A stretch of DNA of 64,000 nucleotides, taken from the NCBI GenBank assembly GCA_964106645.2, contig OZ067038.1. One strand, written 5' to 3'. The number at the start of each line of letters is the position of its first letter. The first letter of the stretch is position 1. The position numbers were made by a program, and so were the translations under genes. The stretch is from Podarcis pityusensis (taxonomy: Eukaryota). Positions 54,645-64,000 of this stretch are shown piece by piece. The notes beneath the pieces were generated by a model. It saw only the letters and a program-made list of their open reading frames with translations. It made no database searches and was not told where the DNA came from.

Positions 54645-54731
54645 CGATTTCCCATGCAAACTTGGAGCACTTACAGTATGGGTCATATATCCCATTGTAG
54701 GCATGGAACGCCTATCTACGTGTGCTGAGTT
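54645..54731 (-). CDS. PLEKHA7: PLEKHA7 exon: NSAHVDRRSMPTMGYMTHTVSAPSLHGKS
   Basis: 87 nt; atacag| and |gtacgt; near-identical to human. Confidence 0.95.
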
Positions 54732-55607
54732 CTGTATAAATGGAAAGAGTAATTTAAAATGGAATTTTCTTTTCTTAAACCCTTCAAATTCACACCTCCC
54801 ATCCTTGCATCGAGGTGGATTGACTTAAATTGCCATTTGATGCAGCCAATACTGAGCTAGATGAACAAATAATCTGACTCGAAATAAGGCAGCTTTCTAT
54901 GCTATAGTTATGTAAGCCCTCCCCTGCTGTCATGTGAATAATGCATGAAGCAGGGTTTAGTTAAAGGGCATAAAAAGAGGAACAAACAGGGTCACCTAAG
55001 TGGGCACAATGGACAGACTTCCAAGAGATATATAGGATGGTATCTCCTGGAGCCAGGGAATGAATCTTTATGCCTGTGGTGACTTACCAGTCTCTGGGTC
55101 TCTCAGTATAAAGCCTACAATAATATATGATCTACAGTGTCATATTTATACTGCTTTACCTCCAAAAGACGTTTTTCCTCATGATTTTTTACATAGAAAA
55201 ATATAACCTTTTAAACTTAAAGGGTTAGAACCAGACTAATTTAGTTGCACTTAGGTTGCACTGAAACCAATATGAAGTTACCCATGATTAATTTAGTTCC
55301 TACTGATTTCAGTGGAAACTAAATGCCTTGGCCTCCTGAATCCAACCATATAAATTTATCTCATTCACTTCACCTGGCCAGGGCATCATGTGTCTTTTTG
55401 AAACAAATTTTGCTCAACCTGCAACTGGCCAAGCACTCAGGACATAAATCCTGGCTTTGAAAATACAAGTTTCAGTGGATAATGTAAGAATATTGACAGT
55501 GAACATTGATCAAATAATCTAAAGGTTAGTACTTAGAAACGTTGCAAGGTAATTCTATTACACCTCATTAGTAAAGTCTGAAAAATATATCAGTAAAATT
55601 TACTCAC

Positions 55608-56130
55608 TTTTATAGTTTGACTTCGAATCTTCATGGGTGATCCAGCAAAAGGAACATCTATCATTGGTCTCTCATCAGATGGTTTGACAGTAACCCTTTC
55701 TGCAGGAGTGTGTGGTCTTCGAGGTGGAAAAATTTTAGGGGGCCCAGGTGGTGGTATATCAGAAGGAGATGGGGGAACAGAAACTGAACGTGGAACATCT
55801 AATGAACTTCTTCCCTTACCACGGTCTGTAAAGTCTGGAGAACCAATATAAATAGGTGCTGTGGGACTGCCATGTTTAAACTGCTGTCTCTGTTGCCACT
55901 CATACAGCTGCCACACAGTACCATCTTTGTTAGCTCGTCTCTCATCATGGGACATCTTCAAGTGGCTAACCCGGTCTTGAGCATACTTGTAGTCACTTGG
56001 CAGATTGCGGTTTGAGGGCGGTGAACTTCCTGAAGGCTGCCTGGTATTCTTTGGCAAGGTATGATAATTCTCAGGAAAAGATATGGAATGACTGGGCACT
56101 TGGCGAATAAGGGACTGATCAGATGCAAGA
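55608..56130 (-). CDS. PLEKHA7: PLEKHA7 exon: LASDQ...NLPSDYKYAQDR...VWQLYEWQQRQQF...PPRRPHTPAERVTVKP...SQTIK
   Basis: 523 nt; aaacag| and |gtgagt; strong match to PLEKHA7 proline-rich region. Confidence 0.96.
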
Positions 56131-57420
56131 CTGTTTGAGAAAAATTGTTTCATTAAGTATTAAATGAGAATGCAGCTATTATTAAAGTCAAGGTTTCACA
56201 AAATCCAACTTTAGAATTCCTTTATTAAATTGAAGCAAACAAGTATGTGTAGAATCTCATAGGCCACAATAGCCTTTAACAATTTTTTCAGAGTTGACAG
56301 CCATTTGAAAGAGTGATGCCCTTTCATGGTGTACTTACTCAGGCTACTTTTGCCTCTGTTTTATCATGTTCAAAACCCTGCAAAATCTGCAGGCAAAATT
56401 TGGATTTTAAAAAGTGTGTTTGCACCATGTGAAGCAAGTTACTCAGCTCTTTTTAAAAACTGTCTGTCTCAAACCTGAGACAGTTTCCTTAGCAACATGT
56501 TGACCACTAGGTGGAGCATGCTATTAAACAAAATGTTATTTGTTTATCCTAAGGGTTCCCACCAGCACTTGCTGACTGTCTTGGCAGAGCACTTAATGAT
56601 TTTCTGTCTTGCAGCAAATGTGATGTGCTGGATGCTGTATGATTTGTAATTGTATTTTCATGAATTATTTTATTTATTGTATTCTATTGCATTATGATTT
56701 GTATTCCAAATACTTCAAATTGTAACAAAATAGATAAAAGAATGAAAGAAGCGATAAAAACACAATTAAAATAAATATGATTATTTAACGTGGACATGCC
56801 ACAGCCACTTGAATGCAGCTTGCAGACCACTTGTGGTCCATGGACCGTAGGCTGGAAACCCCTGCTTTATCCCAAAGAAAACAATCACCTGCAGTTGAAA
56901 AAAGGAAGCTTTCAACAAGATATGTTCAGTAAACATACATGCATTTTGTGGAAACAGAAAGGACGTTTCTGATACATTATCATTTGCTAAAAATGTCTCT
57001 ATCCTCAGGGAGTTATTTGTAAAATAATATTCTCAGCAAAAAAACAAGCAGATTCTCCCAAGGTTCTACATCACTTGACTACCTGGCTTCATGACAAGAT
57101 TAATTATGCTTCATGACAAAAGTAGCTTAAAGCCTGAGCAGCCAATTTAACAGGAAACCATCATGTCACATAAGTAGTCTCATCTGTTGCACAATTAAGG
57201 AGCTATTGATTTAATGCATCAAATGACTTTACTGGGCCTTTTGCCAAGCTAACATTAAAAATCATTCTCACTTTTTTCTTGGAAGAAAACAAGCAAGGAC
57301 CGGAAACACTTGGACTGCATCAACCAAGTAGCTGTTGGGTAGCATAAGCTCATCATGCTCATGCTGTGAAGGGTGCCCATCAGTTAAGTGTTAGAACTAA
57401 ATGGATGGAAGACAAAGGAC

Positions 57421-57777
57421 CATATAATTGTAGAGCTGGAAGAGACTCTGAGAGGGGAAGGGGAAGGGGGTTATTGACTTGTTTTGTTTTTGTTTTTATT
57501 AAGTATTTTGTATTTTGATCTTGTATTCTTTTGCTGTGAACCACCTTGAGAGCTAAGGGTGAAGGTGGTATGCAAATTTAATGAATGAATGAATGAATGA
57601 ATTAGTCCAACCCCCTGCAATGCAGCAATATCAACTAAAGCATCCATGACGGATGTCCATCCAACTTCTGCTTAAAAGCTCCCATGAGGGTGAGTCCACC
57701 ACCTTCCAAGGGAGTCTGTTCCACTGTTGAACTGCCCACACCATCAGAAAGTTATTTCTGATGTTTAGTCGGAATCA
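57421..57777 (-). mobile_element. CR1 3' end, interrupted by a (GAAT)n-tailed retroposon fragment
   Basis: CR1 terminal motifs tagagctggaag...tagtccaacccc...tccactgttgaac...agaaagtt; insert at ~57452-57602. Confidence 0.65.
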
Positions 57778-58810
57778 TAAAAGATACGAGACTGTGAGAC
57801 CAGAGTCCTGACAGAGGAATGAATAGCTGGCAGAAAACAAATAAGCTCCTCCTTGAACTTTTCACAAATTTCTCTGTACATTTTAACCAGACTTTAAGGC
57901 ACTCCTTTTACCCCTTCACAATTTTCCAGCCTGTATAACATGAAATTCACTGTCACTTTTATGTATGATGGTCAGTGAAAAAGTTCTAGTTTTACAAGGC
58001 CTCACTATATTCCTTTCCATGAATACTTTGAATGAACTCTGTTCTGCCATTTCATCTTTCTGCTTTTAGAGAGAATGCTGTTAGTCCCACCTATTTATTG
58101 GTAGAGAGACTGAACAGTTTACTTCTTGACATTGAGAGGTTTGCTATAAAATAGTTGGGAATAAGCACACATTTGGTTGAATTCAAACATGTGCTATCAG
58201 ATGCAAAAGCTGTGTTCTGTTCAGCAGAGGACAGATATCCCCTTTGCTTGAGAGTATTGAAAGTATTGCATAGGAAAAGTGAAACTTGACATGATTTTTT
58301 TCCTTCCACTTCTGCAAGAGGTTGTACATGCAGAAGCATGCTACAGAACCTACTATAACACATGTGAACTACTGTGCTAACTCTTGTCCAAGCATTTGCA
58401 GAGCACAATGTCCGACTATTTCCATTCTGTGCAGTTTTTTTTATTCAATCCATTTAATTTCCATTTTTGCGTCTGCTAGTATAATTTTAAAAACAGCAAC
58501 ACAATACTAAAGCACAACTTACATGACAAACCAAGGCGAGAGAGAGAAATGTGAGTTTTAATGCCTTTTGTATATAGTCCTTTATATAATAATGCTATAT
58601 AGTTCTTAAACTGTCCATAGGGCAGCACCAATACAAAAAAGGGACAGCTGGCAACACCACTGGTTCACTCACAAACACACACAATGCCCCCAACAACCCT
58701 CCCCAAATGTTTTTCAAGCAATTTTTGGAATTCTGTTCTACTAATAAAGACAAGAGGCTTAACTGATGGGACAGGTAGCATTGCTGACATCTGTATTTTG
58801 CTCTATTGAA

Positions 58811-58813
<3 letters not shown>

Positions 58814-58841
<28 letters not shown>
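58814..58841. repeat. (TAT)n microsatellite
   Basis: Direct reading. Confidence 0.9.
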
Positions 58842-60667
58842 GGAAACAAAACTTCCCAATCATGGGGATGTGGCAGCTTTCCAGAATGGAGAGAGTTGAT
58901 ATAGCAGGGGGGCTAAGGTTGCAAGAGTGGAGTCAACACAGAACCTGCTGGTGTGCTCACACAGACCCAGCCTCTCCCTACCCATAAGCAGTAGTGACGC
59001 TACTGCCGGGGATCTAGCACTGCAGCTCTGTCCCACTGGGTGAGCTGCTTCTGATTGAAAACAAAAGAAAAATTCCATGGCTCTTTATTGTACACAATAG
59101 GCACTGCTGCCCTCTGCTTTTAAAATATTAAGCTTCAACCAAACCAATATATACCATGTATCACGAACGAAAGTTTATTTTGTCGAGGACCAAAGGGACA
59201 TTTAAGCAAAGGCCCTAGTGTGGTGGGGCTTCTGACTTTACCCTACCCAGCCTTTACAGGGTATCCTCCCCTTAAGAGTCAGTGGAATAAGAAAATCAGT
59301 TTTAGCTTACACAATGATATGCTACTAATCTCCAATATATAAATTGCTTTGCACAGGCTCTCACCTTTGGTCTAAAATCTCACCTATCTCAAAAGCAGCT
59401 TTTCAAATGACACATGGAGATTATGTAAGGATGCTTCACTATACACAGAGTCTGCAAAATCAGGCCTCTTATGATGTGCATTGTTCTCAATATTTCTGAA
59501 TGATAGTACCTAATATCATTCTTTAGAGCACAATCCTGGCATGCAGTTGCAATTTTCAAGCTAATCAGCAAATCTTGCTGGTATCTCAAACAGTTATCAT
59601 GCTTTTTATCTTAGCCCAAAGTGCTAATCAATTATCACTATTGTGGATCCATTATTCTAATACACAAAGATCTGTCATGAAGCATGGCTGCACAGAAACA
59701 GCATTTTGTAACCAAGAAAAAAGAAAATGAACAATGTAGATTAATTACTATACTACATAAAATGCTTAGGGAAATTCAAATAAGTAAGCTGGATTTTGGC
59801 AAAAAACAACAACACTCTAATGCATATGGAGTCATACTGAAAGTTTGGTCTATTTGTGAAGAGTATTTTATCTTGACCATAAAGAATAGCTGACAGAATA
59901 AGAAAGCAGCAACACTAGTTTTTGTAGCATTATGTAAAGGGGAATGACCTAATATATGAGAAGTATATAATAGCCTATAAGCAGTCTTCACTGGTCTGGT
60001 TTTGCACATCACACCAAGCGAAACCTTGGCTTAGCACAAATTTGCAAATATGTGAAGGCTTCTGGACAGGAGTTTGAAGCCATTCCAAGAGCAGTCACAC
60101 CACAGATTTGTGTAATGGCAGTATGATGTTGGTATTTTTTATTTCAATCCATTTCCTAATGATCTCTAGCATGCCAGAGGTGGGTGAGTTAGTTTAAAGC
60201 AGAGGTAGTTTAAAGCAGAGGTGGCTAACAGTTTTTGGTCCAAGTGCCACATTCACTCTTGGCCAAGCCTCCAGGAAGTCACATGCAAAGGTTGGATGTG
60301 GCCACCCAAGCCTCTCACATACATGCACACAGGACATACCCAGCCGCAGAATCATGCATGCATGCAAACACACACACCTCCTTCCTTAGTTGATCCATGC
60401 AGATCAGGTAAGGAGGAGGGGCTATCACCCTTCCCTTCTCATCAAATGATCAATCTGATGACTAAGGATGGGAAATTTGCATCCCTATCAGGGCACAGAG
60501 CCAGGTGTAGAAGTTTAAACCCTTCTGTCCACCCCAGCCTACTTTAATTTTTTTTTTTATAACTGTTGTTGCCACCAAAATTGGCAGCGTCTTGCAGCCC
60601 TCCCTTGCTAAGGCCCTGGCAACCCATTTTAAAGCAATAAAACAGACCATCTAAGCTTATTACTAAC

Positions 60668-61144
60668 CTTTTGGGGTCTCCTTTTTGGACTTTTACCCAA
60701 TGCTCTATGTGAGCCATATTGTTTTTCCTCTGTGTCTGCTTTTTTTGAGCTGGTCTGGAAACAAATCCTTGTTTATATAAACCGATACCATTCTGCTCCA
60801 CTAGGCCAGGACTTGTATTTAACGAATTGGAAAGTGTTCCATTCTTCTCAACAGGCTGAGCTCTCTGGGACCGAGACAGACTTGACTCTGTATTCAATGT
60901 GCCAACCTCCGATATCAATGGATGTTTAGATTTCTCCCTTTTTGATTCCACCATGTTCTTCCTGACAGCATAATGCTCATCTTCTATTGCTTTTCTCATC
61001 TCTTCATGCTTATCATATGCAGAGGTTTCAGGAGATTTTCTATAACATCCTTTTGCATCAGCAGAATCTAACTTTCCACATTGTTTGCAGGCATCCACAT
61101 GATTAGCTTGAGGAACAGCTTGCTGATCTGGATTTCCTGTTTCT
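60668..61144 (-). CDS. PLEKHA7: PLEKHA7 exon: ETGNPDQQAVPQANH...IEHWVKVQKGDPK(S)
   Basis: 477 nt; ccttag| and |gttagt; matches human QAVPQANH..EKNG..EHW...QKGD; overlaps ORF 60544..61098. Confidence 0.93.
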
Positions 61145-61454
61145 CTAAGGAAAAAAAAATATGTGCACTAAAAGTCAACACTTTATTTGTTGACACTGTA
61201 CCTTTAGTAAGTTCTCTTTGTACAGACTTAATGCTTAGCAAACTTCTGTAATGCTAAGTGATGCCTCAGAGCTCTTAGTTTTGTCCCATCGCCTAAAGGC
61301 TGATACGTCATTTATGCAAACATCATTCAGATTTAATATATGATTTTTTAAAAAATGCAAACTATTAATATTAATATTTTTTTAAATGCAACATTGCATT
61401 GATATCTGAGACACAAACAATGAAAATCTAAATACAAACGATCCCTGAACTTGC

Positions 61455-61633
61455 CTCTTTGGTGATGAACGTGTTTGCATAAGAGCAGCCTGATTCATAG
61501 CACGGATCCAACCATTCATATCTTCTTGAGTATCTGCACTAAAGTAGTACGTGCGCATCCCTGAATGCTCTGCCTGAGAGCCAATAACAGAACTCTTGTT
61601 ATAGATATAAGCCCTCATGCCTGTATGGACAGC
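61455..61633 (-). CDS. PLEKHA7: PLEKHA7 exon, C-terminal part of PH domain: AVHTGMRAYIYNKSSVIGSQAEHSGMRTYYFSADTQEDMNGWIRAMNQAALMQTRSSPK(R)
   Basis: PH signature RTYYFSADT..W..A; ttgcag| acceptor; AG|GCAAGT (GC) donor required for frame. Confidence 0.95.
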
Positions 61634-64000
61634 CTGCAACAGTAGAAAGAAAGATGAATTAGGTAATTTTAAGGAAGGAGGGTAGGCAAAATTCCCTACA
61701 TATGAAAGTAGGTTGGGAGGGTTTTTTTGTCTGTTTTTGGTGACATCTGATGAAATGTGCTGCTTTTCCTCCCATTTGCTTTCAACATTTTATTCTTTAA
61801 GCACCCCCTCCCCCACTAAACACACACACACACAAAAACCAATGATGACACAGTGCTAAGATGTCTGAACTGTATGGCAATATAAAGTGTATATCTGAGC
61901 TTAAAATAAAATAGAATAGTTTGGTAGTTTTTAAAACCCAACAGGATTGCATCACATTTCCAAATAACCAGGGTAGTCCTTGTAACTAAACAGAAAGTTT
62001 TACTACCAAAATCACTGCAGAGCAGCAACTTGGCATGCTGTAGTCCCCCCCCCCCCCCGCCACTAAAAACATTCATGATAGGGTATTTTGGGGGCGGGGG
62101 CGGGCGTGGTCTTTCATAATGTTGTGATATTGTTACAGAATGTTATTTAGCCTTTGTACCAGTAAAATTTACTTTGTACCAGTAAAATTAACTCTTCATG
62201 ATGTTCCTCTTGATGCATTTTGTTTACTGCAAACGTGCCACAAAACAAGCTACTAGATATTTTATTTGCTATTTCCCTTGCTGAATTTACAAACTTGAAT
62301 ATATTTTATAGATCACTGTATGAGGTTTAATCAGTTGAGAAGAAAAGTAGGCTACATATCTTGTGGTGCATAAACGTTATTTTAAAGTATCATTTTGTAA
62401 TGAAGAAATTATTTCCCTTTTAATTATAGTTTGGTCTTTGAAAAAGCTTTGTTGAAAGGTCACTAGAGATGAATGAAAATTAATAGTACTTTTGAGCTTA
62501 TATTGAGGAAAATATGCTTCAATAAATATAATGAAAGATTCTATTAAAAAGTAAAAACAATGTCTTTACTTTAAAAAGTAAAGAAAATGAGTGGCATAAT
62601 CATATGGGATCCAACATAATGGGGCTATGTTAGTACAAGGAATGGAGTTTTACTGCAGCGGTTTTTCAAGGCATGCCCCTAATAGTAATAACATGCAAGG
62701 AGGCACAGGAAAAAGGCTTGGTGGAAGGGGAAACTAGAAGATTACAAATTGCACAAAATAAGTACACATCAGCATGGACAAGGAAGGGATACACCCAAGA
62801 TGCCAGAGGGAAATAAATATAGAAATAAATATTGCTGCAGAATCACAACACCAACACTAAACACAAACACATTATTCACAAAGCCCTAACAATATGTGGT
62901 ACTCCAAATATTAAAGGGTATAGTTAAACACAAGCAGCATGTTACTTGAAGGCTAGGAGCAGCAAAGGTTTCAGTATCAGTCATGTAAAGCAAGACATAA
63001 AACTATAATTCTCAATAGTTAACAGAGTTACAATCAATGGCAGCAAGAGCAATCCCACCCCCACCACCGCCATTGTTGGCAAATTTTGAACATTAGAGCT
63101 TCAGAGTTCCTATATGCATAACAAAGGAAGCTGAAAGCAACTGAGTGCCCTGCAATGTTTGCCTAGTTTCTCAGGCCTAGTGTCCTACCTCTTCTCCTTC
63201 TGTGCACCAAACTACATGTGACATTAACTGTCTAGTTTGGTGTTGCACTTGTCTTTTTTCCTTTTTATTGTGAATATCAGCTGATGTGGACTCTCCAATC
63301 AGTATAAGGACTATGGTACTATGGTGTGTGTGTGTGGCAGTTAGCCCTTACTTTCCACACCGCAGTCACAATGAAAAGTATTCTGCTTCTCTTTTAAATT
63401 CCTATTTGGCATGGAGAGAAAATTCAATTGATACCAAGTGTATCTTTTTAATATGTATTTTTGCTACCTCTTTAACCATTGCTTCAGTCGCCTGCAGTCA
63501 TTCAAGGCAATATGTAACAAAGAACAGCTCAACCACAGTAAAGAAGTTACTGTTTTTGCTCCCAAGTTAGCAGAGAGTTTCATGCATCAATGAAACCTGC
63601 AGATACATATCTGCAAAGGGCTGCAGCTGTGGACTGTGTATACCACAGGTCACCACAACATCTACCCAAGCTAAAAAATAAAAAGCAGAAGTTCTGTTTT
63701 GTACATGGCAGGGACTACCATGGGTATGCAGACTTGGACATACCGTACTAGGTATTCCTGAAATGTCTAAGGTAGCCTAATATGAGACTGCCCTCATGAA
63801 AGGGTGTTCCAGTTTAATTTGATACACTGTGGATCCTTAACTAATAAAAGGATATCAGAATCACACTGCTTCTGTGACTGCAACATACAGCCAGACAGAC
63901 TAGACAACACACCACTTCAGGCACACCTACATCTCCTTCAGGCTTCAACATGTGTGGCCATGGCCTATCTCACATTTATATCAAACCTGCCTCCTGATTG

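Noticed and set aside
61634-64000. Search for the preceding PLEKHA7 PH exon (…LGSIPLPSY…SFK)
   Set aside because: Not found by eye; presumably beyond the window end

Overview
Vertebrate genomic DNA, most likely a squamate (lacertid-type lizard, judged from a full-length Sauria SINE and lizard-type MITEs/LINEs). Two genes lie tail-to-tail, as in human 11p15. On + are C11orf58/SMAP coding exons 2-5 (1856-5205; exon 1 lies upstream of the window). On - is the 3' part of PLEKHA7, from the C-terminal part of the PH domain (61633) to the last exon (~18.3 kb); its WW and early PH exons lie beyond 64000. I hand-spliced 20 PLEKHA7 internal exons and the frame closes: 3286 nt plus a 92-nt terminal CDS gives 3378 nt. 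Main points of interest: a GC-AG intron, a duplicated in-frame acceptor in the PH exon, two cassette exons missed by the ORF track, and three or four alternative C-termini with different PDZ-ligand character. There is also an inverted MITE pair bracketing an in-frame 1191-nt exon block (circRNA candidate) and a nested transposon stack. I found no prokaryotic-type system, CRISPR array or intact transposase. Most ORF-track entries are noise. Gene and repeat identities come from recalled sequences, not from a database search.
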